Numbered from the stretch's first letter, positions 1-10,320 are shown. The stretch: DNA of 57,437 bases from a bacterium (GCA_037446635.1 JBBIIG010000026.1:1-57437), one strand, 5' to 3'. Notes: generated from the letters alone by a model not told the origin. Numbers and translations are program-made.

Positions 1-206
1 TGGGAACGGATACCCTGCGTGTGCGCTCTCTACTTCCTCGACGCGGAGCGTCTCCCACTTGCGCTCCCACGCCGAGCATGGGAGCGAGTAAACCTACGTT
101 CTCGTTCCCACGCTCTGCGTGGGAACGGATACCCTGCGTGTGCGCTCTCTACTTCCTCGACGCGGAGCGTCTCCACTTGCGCTCCCACGCCGAGCGTGGG
201 AGCGAG
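1..206. repeat. Tandem ~119-bp palindromic REP-like units (GTTCCCACGCTCTGCGTGGGAAC...GCTCCCACGCCGAGCGTGGGAGC); first copy cut by window edge
   Basis: Sequence from 1 recurs at 120 almost identically; each unit contains hairpins. Confidence 0.85.
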
Positions 207-222
207 ATCGCGAGGCCTGTTC

Positions 223-3200
223 CTACTGGTAAACCAAAAACAGCACGTTCTCCAGCCCCTTCTCAAACCGCAGTGACTTCACAATTTCGTGTTTTTCCGA
301 GAGCAGCGAGTTCAAAATGATGATGTCCGGCTTCACCGAAACCGCCTTTTCCACGAGCTCGCGACCGTTCGCTTCCACCACGTGGTAGCCGCGCGCCTGC
401 AGCACCTCCGCCAGCGTCTTCACGGTCGAGGCGTCTTCATCCACCACCAGCACCTTCTTTTTCGATTTCCCCTGCGCCAGCAGCGAGTCGATTTCCTTAA
501 ACAAAATTTCGGTGTTGATGGGCTTGGTGAGATAGCGATCGACGCCCAGGCGGTAGCCGCGATCTTTGTCCTGAACGATGGAGAGGATGATAATCGGGAT
601 CTCCATCGTTTCCGGATCGTTTTTCAGCACCGCGGCCAAATCGAAGCCGTTCATCTCCGGCATCATCACGTCTAAAATCACCAGGTCGGGCTTTTGCTCG
701 CGAATCTTGGCCAGGGCGTCGCGGCCGTTTTCGGCGAGTCGGACATGATATCCAGCTTCGCCCAATTCTTGATTAAGCAGCTCGCGAATATTCGCTTCAT
801 CATCCACCACCAAGATGGTTTGCTGGCCATTGCCGTTATTAGCGGCGCTGGTGACGACGCGTTCTTTCAGTTGTTTGACCAGAGCCTCGAGATCGAGATG
901 GCGAGTTACCACCTTAATCGGCAAAGTGAATGAAAACGTGCTGCCTTTACCCGGCTGGCTTTCCACCCAGACGCGGCCGCCGTGGTGTTCCACGATTTCT
1001 TTGCAGATGGGCAAACCCAGTCCGGAGCCTTTGGGTTTGTCGGTCAGTGTGTCGCCCACCTGTTTGAATTTTTCGAAGACCTTAGACTGATCCTCTTTGG
1101 AGATCCCGATGCCGGTGTCGATGACGCTGACGAGGATCTCGCCGTCGGTGCGTTTGGCTCGACAGGTGACCGAGCCTTTATCGGTGAATTTCACCGCGTT
1201 GGAGATCAGGTTAATGACCACCTGAATGAGCTTGTCACGGTCGCCAACCAGCTCGGGCAGATCGCTTTCGATTTTTTTGATGAATTTCAAGTCGGTGGTT
1301 TCAAACAGCGACGAGGTGGCAGCGCTGGCCCTTTCGATAATATCCGCCACGTCGATGGGCTCCTGGCGCCATTCGTATTTGCCGGCTTCGATTTTAGCCA
1401 AGTCCAGCAGATCGTTGATGAGCTTGGTCAGGCGCTCGCCCTCGGAAACCACGACGTCGAGATTTTCCGCCACCTGTTTCATCGCGCGCTGGGTTTTTGA
1501 GTCTTCGGCATTGGTCACCGGGAAGACGCGTTCTTCGAGCCGCTTTTTCACGATCTGCGAAAAGCCGATCACCGAAGTGAGCGGCGTGCGCAGCTCGTGG
1601 CTGACGGTGGAAAGGAAGGCACTCTTGGCCTCGTTGGCTTCTTCGGCCGCAGCGCGCGCTTGCTGGGTTTCTTCGAACAGGCGGGCGTTGTGTAACGCCA
1701 CGCCGACGTTGGCGGCGATGGTGGCCAGTAAGCGCAGATCGGCTTCGGTGAAGCGGTTCTCCTGCTCCGTGCTTTGCACGCTGATGGCGCCGATGTACTC
1801 GTTGCCCACCGGAATCGGCACGCCTAAGTAGGACGCAGCCGGCGCGCCAATATTTTCCACGCCCAATTGCCTGGTGTGTTTATCCACCTCTTCGTTTATG
1901 AGCAGCGGTTCCCCCGTCAAAATGATTTTAGAGGTGAGGCCCTCGCCCATTTGTATTGGAGAAAAGTCTTCGCCGTAGCCATAAGGGAATTTGATCACGT
2001 TGCTTTCTTTATCCCACAAGGCCACGTAAACGATATCGGCTTTGAACAGCTCGCGCATCTTGTCGCCCACCAATTTAATAAGCGCATCGACTTCAAGTTT
2101 GGAGGCTAGCGCTTTGCTGATGCTATTCACCGTAGCCAACTCGGCGGCGCGCTGGCGAATTTCCTGCTCGCGCTCGGTGAGCTGGCGGTAGGCCACGGCG
2201 TTATCCAGGGCGATGCTGGTGTAGGTCGCCAGGTTGCGCAGCAGGTTGAGATGATACTCAGTGTAAGCGTTCTTCTGATAACTCTGAATGGTGATGACGC
2301 CCAACACCCGCTCCTGCGAAACCAGGGGCAGGTAAATCAGCGATTGCGCCGCTTGCGAATAGGTGCCATCTTCCAGCAGGCGCCGCGGGTCTTTGTATTC
2401 GCTGACATATTTGCTAAAATCCTGATTCACATCGTTGATAAAAACTGGCTGGCGGTTTTCGATGCACCACACCGGAAACTGGTTTTTGTCCCGAGTGTCG
2501 CGAGTGTAGGGCGCGTAGCGTTTGCCTTTTTCAATTGCAAACTTATACTCAATCAATTGCTTCCTGGGGTGATAAATGCCCACCCCGAAGATGGTGGCGT
2601 CGGCCAGTTGATTGACGTGCTCGTAGAGCTTGTAAAAGATGGTTTCGAAATCCAGCGACGCGGTGATTTCCTTGCCCATCTCGCTGAGCAGCTCGACGTT
2701 CTTTTTGCTCTTCTCCGTTTCGCTGAGCAGCCGTTTGGTTTCATCGAACAAGCGGGCGTTCTCCAGCGCCACCCCCATGTTGGCAGCCAAGGTAGCCAGC
2801 AGGCGCACATCGGAGTCGCCAAAAGCGTGCTCGCGATCCAAATCCTGCACGGTCACCACGCCGGTCGCTTCCTGGCCGAGAATGATGGGCACACCCATGT
2901 ACGATTTCGGAAATTCGCCGGCGATGACCTCTTCACCGGTACGCGCGATCATCTCCTGCGCGGTTCCGAAAACCAGCGGCTTGCGCGTTTGAATAATTTC
3001 GAGTCGATCCGGATCGCAAGCTTGCGGTTTTTCGAGAAAAAACCTTTGGCCGCGCTCGATCATGTAGCGATGATGAATCATCTGAGTTTTGGGATCATAG
3101 AGCGAGACGGTCACCACTTGCGCTTTGAAAACCTCGACAATTTTGTCTCCGACCAAGTCGATGATGCCCTGGAAGTCGAGCTGCTGCGCCAACCCCTCGC

Positions 3201-6200
3201 CGACCTTGTTAATGATCGAAAGCTCGGCGGCGCGCGTCTCGGTTTCTTTCAGCAGACGATTGGTTTCGTCGAACAGGCGGGCGTTCTCCAAAGCCACGCT
3301 CATGCTGTTGGCGAGGGTTTGCAGCAGGCGCAAATCGGAGTCGGTGAAGGCGTTTTCGCGATCAAGGTTTTGCAGCGAAATCACACCCTTCGCTTCGCTG
3401 CCCACCACCAGCGGCACAAATAAGACGGATTTGGGCATTTCGCCCGAGAGCACGGGGTTTCCATATTCGGCAGCCCGTTTCTCAAGTGCTTCATTGATTA
3501 AAAGCGGCTGGCGGGTTTCGATAACGTGCCGCCGAAACCCGATCAGTGGGATGGGCTCATCCGGGAAGCGCACGCCGCGTTCGATCGTGTAAGGAAACCG
3601 CAAGAGGTTGGCGCTGCGGTCGTAAATGGCAATATCCACCACCTGCGCGTCGAAAATTTCGCGGATCTTGTCGCCGATGAGATCATAAATCGCCTGCATC
3701 TCCAATTTGGAGGCCAGCCCCTGCTGCACGCTGTTGATGATGGCCAGCTCATTCACCTTTTGCTGAAGCTCCCCGGTGCGATCTCTCACCGTCTGCTCCA
3801 ACTCACGCTTGTGGGCTTCGAGCTGGCGGGTGCGCATTCTCACCAGGCCAAAAATCGCCAAACCGCCAAACAGAAAATAAAGCAGATAGGCCCACCACGC
3901 CCGATACCACGGCGCGAGGATGGTGAACTCATACACCGCCTCCTGGCTGAGGTGCTGATAAATGTTTTTGGCGCGCACTCGAAACCGGTACTCCCCTTCC
4001 GGAAGATTGGTGTAGTCGCGTTTGGTTTCCTTGCTCCAGTTGGACCAGTGATTGTCGAATCCTTCCAACATGGATTGGTATTGGGTTTCGTTGGGATTAT
4101 CGTAGCTGGCGGCAGCGAACTCAAAACGCAGGGCGTTGTGGGTGTAGGGCAATTGGGGCATGTCATTGCCAGCGCTTTTCAGCGAAGCAATTTTTTCCGT
4201 GTTACCGAGAGATGGCTTCGCCTCGCTCGCAATGACAGGAGAAGCGAACCCGCCGTAAATCAGCGAATCGTCCCCGACCGTCACCCGGCGGATGAGCGCA
4301 AAATAATCGGCGGCGTAATTTTTTTGGATGCTGGGATCGTAGCGCAGCATTTTTTCAATGCTGCCAAACCAGACGACGCCGCTATCCTCCGGATAAATAT
4401 AGGTGATGGCAGTATCGGCAAATCGCAAAAATGGGGTCTTCTCCGTGCGGTACGAGCCGTCCGGTTGCCGTTGCAATTGCGCGACTTCCCGGCCGAAATT
4501 AACCCAGATATTGCCCTGGTGATCCTCGCGCACACCGCTGGCGCTGCCGGTGCTGCCAAATCCCACCACCCCCAGCAGCGAATCCGGCTCAAACCGCTGG
4601 CGGGATTCATCAAAGCGGAACACGTCGTCGGTGGTGACAAACACGGGCCGGCCCGCTGCCATATAGACCGATACGCCGCCATCGTTAGACAAACCATGGC
4701 GGCTGTCAAAGTGATCAATCTGGGGATTTTCCAGCGACGCGCCGTTAAAACGAACCCGATACACCCCGCTGTTGCCCGTGCCAAGCCATAACTCGCCCGG
4801 CTGCGGCTCGACGACAAACGAAATGTATGACGTGATTCCGGGGATGCGGGCCTCCAGTTGCCAATCCATCCCCCGGCTGGGATCCCGGCGAATTGTAACC
4901 AGCCCGTCGGTGAGCCCCGCAAAAATGCGGTTGCCGTCGAGCTTGGAGCGATGCAGCCACTGCGGGGAAAACGACAGTCCGACGTTTTTGATGATCAGCC
5001 TGGCTCGGCGGCCTTCAATGCGATACAGCCCGCTGCTCCCCGCCAGGAGCTCCTCGCCAACGGCCAACAGGTGAAAGGCCTGGGGGTTGCCGGCTTCCAG
5101 TCCCGTCACTGGTTTGAACGTCGCGCTGGCGGCATCCAGGTAAAATATGCCGTTGGCCCCGGCAACATATAACATACCCTGATGGCGCAGCACGTAATAA
5201 ACTCCACCCACCAATCCGGAGGCCGCATCGAAAAGCGTGAGCGGCGAGGGCGTCTCCATAATGGTGATGCCGCCTTCCGGGGCGAGCCACACCATTCCCT
5301 GCCGGTCGGCAAACACCGCGGTAATGGTATTGCCCAGCGCCCCCAAACTGGTATTGAGATACTGCAGCGCCCGGCCCTGGCGGTCCATTATCACAAAGCC
5401 GCTGTTGAGGGTGCCTAACCCGTAAAGGCCGCTGGGCAGGACGGTGGCGTCATAAAGCGTGCTGCGGCGCAAAAAATCATCGATTTCGGTTTTGAAGGGA
5501 CGGAACGTTTTTCCATCAAACAAAAAGAAACCGCGGTTGAACGTGCCCACGAGATACTTCTCCGCTTCGCCCTTCTCACCGTCGGCAAACGGCAGCATCA
5601 CCTGCAGGCGGTCGTCGCGGAACTCTTCCCCGCCGGGCAACAGGTGCAACGAATCGTCCACCATTTTCATGAGACCGACGTCATTCTGCTGCACGTAATA
5701 CACGCCGCTGCGCCAGAAGGCATAACCAAACGCCCCCTGCGGTTCCCACACCTTTACTTGCCATTTTTCCTCCGAACCGGAAGATTGTTTCGCTTCACTC
5801 GCAATGACAGGTTGGGGGGTGAATCGAAAGATGCGCTCGCGTGTTTGAAAGTAAACGCCCTGCGGGGTGACGATTGTAGTCCAAACGTAATTGAACTTCC
5901 GTTGCGCTTCATTCACTTGCGGCAGCAGTGAAACATAGTGCAATTCTCCCGCGGCATCCGGCGCGAGGTAACCAAAGTCCGCGCTGGCGCCCACATAGAT
6001 TCTGCCGCTGCCGTCCAGCGCCAGCGAACGGGCGAACGTTTTGTTGGCCGCCGGGATCATCCGCCAGGTGGCGCCGTCAAATTCCATCACGCCCGGCGCG
6101 GTGCCGATATACATCACCCCGCGCTGGTCTTGCACAAAGGCCCAGCTTTGGGGATCCCCGCCGATCTCGCTCGAACGGTAGTTGGTGATGAGCGGCCGCC

Positions 6201-6285
6201 CGACTTCGTTGCTTTGCTGCGCTCGGATTAACAATGGTGAACCGAATGCGGCGACAAGAACGACCATCAAAATAGCTTTTTTCAT
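223..6285 (-). CDS. Hybrid sensor histidine kinase: signal peptide, beta-propeller/Y_Y_Y periplasmic sensor, TM, 4 GAF, HisKA, HATPase, REC and degenerate REC
   Basis: YTNLPEGEYRFRVRAKN (Y_Y_Y); PWYRAWWAY TM; four GAF repeats; SHELRTPL H-box; NLISNAVKF, DTGIGI, GSGLGL; LDVMMP receiver. Confidence 0.92.
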   Translation of the reverse strand: MKKAILMVVLVAAFGSPLLIRAQQSNEVGRPLITNYRSSEIGGDPQSWAFVQDQRGVMYIGTAPGVMEFDGATWRMIPAANKTFARSLALDGSGRIYVGASADFGYLAPDAAGELHYVSLLPQVNEAQRKFNYVWTTIVTPQGVYFQTRERIFRFTPQPVIASEAKQSSGSEEKWQVKVWEPQGAFGYAFWRSGVYYVQQNDVGLMKMVDDSLHLLPGGEEFRDDRLQVMLPFADGEKGEAEKYLVGTFNRGFFLFDGKTFRPFKTEIDDFLRRSTLYDATVLPSGLYGLGTLNSGFVIMDRQGRALQYLNTSLGALGNTITAVFADRQGMVWLAPEGGITIMETPSPLTLFDAASGLVGGVYYVLRHQGMLYVAGANGIFYLDAASATFKPVTGLEAGNPQAFHLLAVGEELLAGSSGLYRIEGRRARLIIKNVGLSFSPQWLHRSKLDGNRIFAGLTDGLVTIRRDPSRGMDWQLEARIPGITSYISFVVEPQPGELWLGTGNSGVYRVRFNGASLENPQIDHFDSRHGLSNDGGVSVYMAAGRPVFVTTDDVFRFDESRQRFEPDSLLGVVGFGSTGSASGVREDHQGNIWVNFGREVAQLQRQPDGSYRTEKTPFLRFADTAITYIYPEDSGVVWFGSIEKMLRYDPSIQKNYAADYFALIRRVTVGDDSLIYGGFASPVIASEAKPSLGNTEKIASLKSAGNDMPQLPYTHNALRFEFAAASYDNPNETQYQSMLEGFDNHWSNWSKETKRDYTNLPEGEYRFRVRAKNIYQHLSQEAVYEFTILAPWYRAWWAYLLYFLFGGLAIFGLVRMRTRQLEAHKRELEQTVRDRTGELQQKVNELAIINSVQQGLASKLEMQAIYDLIGDKIREIFDAQVVDIAIYDRSANLLRFPYTIERGVRFPDEPIPLIGFRRHVIETRQPLLINEALEKRAAEYGNPVLSGEMPKSVLFVPLVVGSEAKGVISLQNLDRENAFTDSDLRLLQTLANSMSVALENARLFDETNRLLKETETRAAELSIINKVGEGLAQQLDFQGIIDLVGDKIVEVFKAQVVTVSLYDPKTQMIHHRYMIERGQRFFLEKPQACDPDRLEIIQTRKPLVFGTAQEMIARTGEEVIAGEFPKSYMGVPIILGQEATGVVTVQDLDREHAFGDSDVRLLATLAANMGVALENARLFDETKRLLSETEKSKKNVELLSEMGKEITASLDFETIFYKLYEHVNQLADATIFGVGIYHPRKQLIEYKFAIEKGKRYAPYTRDTRDKNQFPVWCIENRQPVFINDVNQDFSKYVSEYKDPRRLLEDGTYSQAAQSLIYLPLVSQERVLGVITIQSYQKNAYTEYHLNLLRNLATYTSIALDNAVAYRQLTEREQEIRQRAAELATVNSISKALASKLEVDALIKLVGDKMRELFKADIVYVALWDKESNVIKFPYGYGEDFSPIQMGEGLTSKIILTGEPLLINEEVDKHTRQLGVENIGAPAASYLGVPIPVGNEYIGAISVQSTEQENRFTEADLRLLATIAANVGVALHNARLFEETQQARAAAEEANEAKSAFLSTVSHELRTPLTSVIGFSQIVKKRLEERVFPVTNAEDSKTQRAMKQVAENLDVVVSEGERLTKLINDLLDLAKIEAGKYEWRQEPIDVADIIERASAATSSLFETTDLKFIKKIESDLPELVGDRDKLIQVVINLISNAVKFTDKGSVTCRAKRTDGEILVSVIDTGIGISKEDQSKVFEKFKQVGDTLTDKPKGSGLGLPICKEIVEHHGGRVWVESQPGKGSTFSFTLPIKVVTRHLDLEALVKQLKERVVTSAANNGNGQQTILVVDDEANIRELLNQELGEAGYHVRLAENGRDALAKIREQKPDLVILDVMMPEMNGFDLAAVLKNDPETMEIPIIILSIVQDKDRGYRLGVDRYLTKPINTEILFKEIDSLLAQGKSKKKVLVVDEDASTVKTLAEVLQARGYHVVEANGRELVEKAVSVKPDIIILNSLLSEKHEIVKSLRFEKGLENVLFLVYQ
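4161..4237. repeat. Complete GTCATTGC...GCAATGAC palindromic element inserted in frame in the kinase
   Basis: TGTCATTG and CAATGACA inverted ends; encodes VIASEAKPSLGNTEKIASLKSAGND; same family as intergenic copy 15471-15592. Confidence 0.8.
5783..5810. repeat. Half copy of the same palindromic element, in frame in the kinase
   Basis: Minus strand CTGTCATTGCGAGTGAAGCGAAACAATC encodes VIASEAKQS. Confidence 0.75.
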
Positions 6286-6454
6286 ACTGTTTGCCCTCGA
6301 GGCTTGGTAGAACTTTTGAAACAGCTTTTTAAAAAATTACAGTGTTTAGAGGTGAAAAGTTGGAAACACGGCTTCTCTGGAATTGTGGCCTGATTCCAAA
6401 AATTACCTCGACGTCATGTGGGGGAGATGATTAAAATTGAAGCCGGCGGGTGGT

Positions 6455-6483
6455 ATGTTATTAATAATTCGTCAAAAGGTCAA
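6455..6483 (-). promoter_or_regulatory. Putative sigma70 promoter of the kinase gene
   Basis: TTGACC-N17-TAACAT on minus strand. Confidence 0.5.
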
Positions 6484-6609
6484 CAACTATTTTGAAATCC
6501 CTGAATTTAGACTGGCTGGCTGAAGTCGATGTCTCTTAGGATCCGAGTTCCTATTTCAGGCTTATCCCTTCACACTCCCCACCAGTTTAATGGACGCGCG
6601 CGTGAAAGT

Positions 6610-7452
6610 TCATCCTTTCACGCTTCCGAGCGTCAACCCGGAAACCAGCCAGCGGCTCAACACGACGAACAGAATCACCACCGGCAAACTCACCACCAGC
6701 GCGCCGGCCGAGTACAGGCCCCACTTCACTTCCATGCTCGATTGAAACATCTTCAATCCCAGCGGCAGGGTGAAGCGGCTTTGATCTTGAATCAGCGCGG
6801 CCGCGACGAGATACTCCGACCAGGCGGTCATAAACGAAAACAGCGCGGTGATCACCAGCGCCGGCGCGGCCAGCGGCAGCACGATCGTCCAAAAGGTTTT
6901 GAACGGCGGGCAGCCGTCGATGCTGGCGGCTTCTTCGAGGCTGTAGGGAATGGTGTCGTAGTAGCCCTTCATCTGCCAGGTGGTGAAGGGCAGCGCGGTG
7001 GCGGAGTAGGCGATGATCAGCGCCCAGTAAGTATCATAAAGTTGAAGTTTTATGAGCACAATGAACAGCGGCAGCAGCAGCATCGTGAGGGGAAACATTT
7101 GTGTGGCTAACAAACCCAGCATTGCGAAGTTTTTACCGGTAAATTTATAGCGCGAGAAGGCATAACCCGCGGTGGCCGCCAAACCGACTCCCACCACTGT
7201 GACAGCGCCCGAGACCATCAGGCTGTTGCCCAGCCACAGCAAAAAGGGTTCTTTGAAAAAGAGATCAGAGTAGGTGCTGAGCGTGGCGTCTGGCGGAATG
7301 ATGTCCAGCGACTTTGTGAGCAGCCGATCGCCGGGCCGCAGCGATATAGAAATCAAACTAAGAATTGGAAAAATGGCGAAGGCAGTGAAGGCCATTAGAA
7401 CTGCATAAGCGCCAACTTTTCCCGGCAGAGATAATTCACGTGGATTTTTCAT
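6610..7452 (-). CDS. malG: Maltose/maltodextrin ABC permease, MalG-like
   Basis: EEAASIDG EAA loop; QMFP; WQMKGYYDTIP; TM segments. Confidence 0.85.
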   Translation of the reverse strand: MKNPRELSLPGKVGAYAVLMAFTAFAIFPILSLISISLRPGDRLLTKSLDIIPPDATLSTYSDLFFKEPFLLWLGNSLMVSGAVTVVGVGLAATAGYAFSRYKFTGKNFAMLGLLATQMFPLTMLLLPLFIVLIKLQLYDTYWALIIAYSATALPFTTWQMKGYYDTIPYSLEEAASIDGCPPFKTFWTIVLPLAAPALVITALFSFMTAWSEYLVAAALIQDQSRFTLPLGLKMFQSSMEVKWGLYSAGALVVSLPVVILFVVLSRWLVSGLTLGSVKG

Positions 7453-7461
7453 AGTTCTGTC

Positions 7462-7494
7462 AAATGCCAGGCACTTTCAAAGTGCCTGGCATTT
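7462..7494. repeat. Perfect palindrome with 16-bp arms between malF and malG
   Basis: AAATGCCAGGCACTTT-C-AAAGTGCCTGGCATTT. Confidence 0.8.
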
Positions 7495-7499
7495 TTTAG

Positions 7500-8393
7500 T
7501 TAATAAACTGCTTCCGTCGCGCGGGTGCGCCGCACAAAATTCCAGCCGAAAATTATGAGAATGGCAAAAATCACCATCGAGAACGCCGCGGCGTAGCCCA
7601 TGCGAAAATAGCGGAACGCCGCTTTGTACACCCACGATACCAAAATGTGCGAGGTGTCCGAAGGCTCGCCGCCATTGCTCACCAGCCACACCACGTTGAA
7701 ATTGTTGAACGTCCAGATTACGCCCAACGTGACTGCCGGCACCATCACCGGTTTCAAAAGCGGCAGCGTGATGGTGCGCAATTTGTCAAACCAAGAGGAG
7801 CCGTCGATTTCTGCGGCTTCGTAGAGCTCGCGCGGAATACTTTGCAGGCCACCGAGCGCCACCACCATCATGAAAGGAAATCCCAGCCAGATGTTGGCAA
7901 TCAGGCACGCGGTGAACGCGCCCCATTCATCGTTGAGCCACGAGAAGTTCCAGCCAAAAAGTTTTTGCAGCAGCAGCGACACCGCGCCGTATTCGCTGTT
8001 GAACATGCCGCGCCAAGTGAGGGCGGTGATGTATTGCGGCACTGCCCAAGGCAAAATCAAAATCGTGCGAAAGAACGAGCGTCCGCGCAGATCTTTGTCG
8101 AGAATCAGCGCCAGCCAGATGCCGATGGCCACGTGAAAGAACACGTTGATGACCGTCCACAAAATGGTCTTCATAAAATAATACCAGAACACACGGTCGG
8201 TGAACACAGCGATGTAATTGTCGATGCCGACGATGCGCCAGTCGCGGAAATGCTGCAAATTCATGTTGGAAAAGGAGACCACCACGTTGTAAACGAATGG
8301 AAAGACGATCACCAGTCCCATGATCAGAAACGTGGGAGAGGTGTAGATGAGAGCGAGTCGATTGTTTTGAACTTCGCCGGCGCCGGCTGCCAT
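7500..8393 (-). CDS. malF: Sugar ABC permease, MalF-like
   Basis: ILPWAVP; NIWLGFPFMM; ELYEAAEIDG; TFNNFN. Confidence 0.85.
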   Translation of the reverse strand: MAAGAGEVQNNRLALIYTSPTFLIMGLVIVFPFVYNVVVSFSNMNLQHFRDWRIVGIDNYIAVFTDRVFWYYFMKTILWTVINVFFHVAIGIWLALILDKDLRGRSFFRTILILPWAVPQYITALTWRGMFNSEYGAVSLLLQKLFGWNFSWLNDEWGAFTACLIANIWLGFPFMMVVALGGLQSIPRELYEAAEIDGSSWFDKLRTITLPLLKPVMVPAVTLGVIWTFNNFNVVWLVSNGGEPSDTSHILVSWVYKAAFRYFRMGYAAAFSMVIFAILIIFGWNFVRRTRATEAVY

Positions 8394-8428
8394 ATTTTTG
8401 TGTACTCCGGTTTTCCTTCAAGTTGAGA

Positions 8429-8974
8429 TCATTGCCGTCGAATGGCGTAGCGAGCTTTTCGATCTTCCACCCTAAAACCGATGCGGCGTTTTGGAGGATC
8501 GGGCGGCGACGTCAAGAGCCGGAGGGCCTCGAAGACGACGGCAAATTTTTGATCGTATTTCTTCTCCAGCTCTGCCAATTTCTTTTCAAAGTCTTTTTCG
8601 GAAGCGAGAAGCTGACGCAGTCGAACGAAAACTCGCATGATGGCAATGTTGACCTGAATCGCCCGCTCGGAATTCAGAACCGATGACAGCATGGCCACGC
8701 CTTGTTCTGTGAATACAAGTGGAAGGTATTTTCTATGCCTGCCGCGCCCTTTTTCTAAGGTCGCATTTTGCGACCTTAGAACCTGGTACTCTTCACTTGT
8801 CAATTGGAACATGAAATCCGGTGGGAATCGCTTGGCATTTCGTCGGACTTGTTCATTCAATCGCTTTGTAGAAACGCCGTACAACCATGCGAGATCACTA
8901 TCCAGCATCACTTTTTGTCCGCGAATGAGCAGGATGCGTTTTTCAATGAGCTCCGTCGGCACAAGTTCCGGCAT
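8429..8974 (-). CDS. ORF6N-domain DNA-binding protein
   Basis: IRGQKVMLDSDLAWLYGV; NEQVRRNAKRFPPDFMFQL; FTEQGVAMLSSVLNS; C-terminal RRIGF; AGGAGG RBS. Confidence 0.88.
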   Translation of the reverse strand: MPELVPTELIEKRILLIRGQKVMLDSDLAWLYGVSTKRLNEQVRRNAKRFPPDFMFQLTSEEYQVLRSQNATLEKGRGRHRKYLPLVFTEQGVAMLSSVLNSERAIQVNIAIMRVFVRLRQLLASEKDFEKKLAELEKKYDQKFAVVFEALRLLTSPPDPPKRRIGFRVEDRKARYAIRRQ

Positions 8975-9062
8975 GATGTTCCTCCTGGCAAAACGATTTA
9001 CGTTTTACGTCTCACGGCGTGACCTCGCCCTAAGCTTCTCCTTTAAAAGAGGAGAGGGGACT

Positions 9063-10280
9063 TCAACGGTTCTCCCGAATCAATTTCTCCGCCTGCGCCT
9101 GCATCGCGCGCGCGGCTTCTTTAGGCGTCATGTTGCCGGTGAAAATCGCCTGGTAACTCGGGCGCATGGCGTCCCAAATCCAGCGCAGCTCAGTCACCAC
9201 CGGCATGGGCCGGCCCACTTCCAATTGGTAAATCGAGCTTTGAATGATCTCATTATTTTTTACAATCTCACTTTCAAATGCCTCTTTGCGGGAGGGAATG
9301 GCGCCGGTGAGTTTGGTGAATTCCAATTCGATCTCCGGCGAGGTCAGGTACTTCAATAATTCGACCGTCACCTGCAATTCTTCGCCTTTCAAATTGACGT
9401 TGAGCGAATAGCCCAGCGGCGAGATCATCGGCGTGGGCCAGAGGCCGGTTTCGTCGATCATCGGGATGCGGGTGATGCCGATGTTCATGTTGAGATCGGT
9501 GTAGGTGCTGAACGACCACGGCCCGTTGATGATCATCGCGGCGTAGCCGTCTTTGAAAAGCTGGTTGGCAAATTCGTAATCTGCCTCTTTGGGAATAATT
9601 TGATATTTGTTGCGCAGATCGTAGATGAGCTGCGCCGCTTTCACCGTGGCCTCGGTGTCGAGCGTGGGGCGATTTTCCTCGTCCATGATCCAGCCGCCGT
9701 AACCGCCAATGAACGGAATGAAAAAAAACGGCTCGATGAAATTCCAGGTGAGCACGTAGCGCACGGCGCCGCCGTCGGACTTTGCTAAGCGATCTTTCAG
9801 CAGAATGAGCTCGCTGATCGTGCGCGGCGGGTTCGGCACCAGGTCTTTGTTGTAAATCAAACACAGGTGATTGCCAACTTGATCGGCTATTTGGTAGAGA
9901 TGATCGCGGTACCAGGTGTTGGCAGAAAAGGGCTCGCTAATAAAACTGTCGAGATATTCTTGATCGATATACGGTTCGATGGGCTGGATCACTTGTAAGT
10001 CCACCAGCGGCCCGACGTTATCGCTCGGGCCGAGCAGCAGTGCCGGACCGCGCCCCGCCAGCGACGAGATGATAAAATTGGTGCGCAGCTCTTCGGGTTC
10101 GTAAAATCGTTCTTCAAACGTCCACTCCGGATAGCGCTCGGCTTTGAACCGCTGCAGCACGTCGTTCATTAACTTGCGTTCCACGGGCCGGCGATAGTGC
10201 CAGATCATGATTTTCTTTTCATCGCGGCTGCAGCCGAGGATTTGCAGGGCAATGATGCAAAGAATAACGATGTTTTTCAT
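9063..10280 (-). CDS. malE: Maltodextrin-binding lipoprotein, MalE-like
   Basis: Lipobox ILGC; LIYNKDLV; AMIINGPW; PMPVVTELRWIW. Confidence 0.8.
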   Translation of the reverse strand: MKNIVILCIIALQILGCSRDEKKIMIWHYRRPVERKLMNDVLQRFKAERYPEWTFEERFYEPEELRTNFIISSLAGRGPALLLGPSDNVGPLVDLQVIQPIEPYIDQEYLDSFISEPFSANTWYRDHLYQIADQVGNHLCLIYNKDLVPNPPRTISELILLKDRLAKSDGGAVRYVLTWNFIEPFFFIPFIGGYGGWIMDEENRPTLDTEATVKAAQLIYDLRNKYQIIPKEADYEFANQLFKDGYAAMIINGPWSFSTYTDLNMNIGITRIPMIDETGLWPTPMISPLGYSLNVNLKGEELQVTVELLKYLTSPEIELEFTKLTGAIPSRKEAFESEIVKNNEIIQSSIYQLEVGRPMPVVTELRWIWDAMRPSYQAIFTGNMTPKEAARAMQAQAEKLIRENR

Positions 10281-10320
10281 TCAGAAGTTGTTGATTGAAA
10301 GAGGCAGAATTTCGTGAAGT

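Noticed and set aside
1..206. Possible CRISPR array
   Set aside because: Whole 119-bp units are repeated with no unique spacers and no cas genes; REP-like instead
19..320. Short ORFs over the left repeat
   Set aside because: Translations of the repeat, partly overlapping the kinase end
2251..4791. Long plus-strand ORFs of 390 and 421 aa, and similar antisense ORFs throughout
   Set aside because: Codon-bias shadows of well-supported opposite-strand genes, with no motifs
8429..8974. Prophage
   Set aside because: No other phage genes nearby
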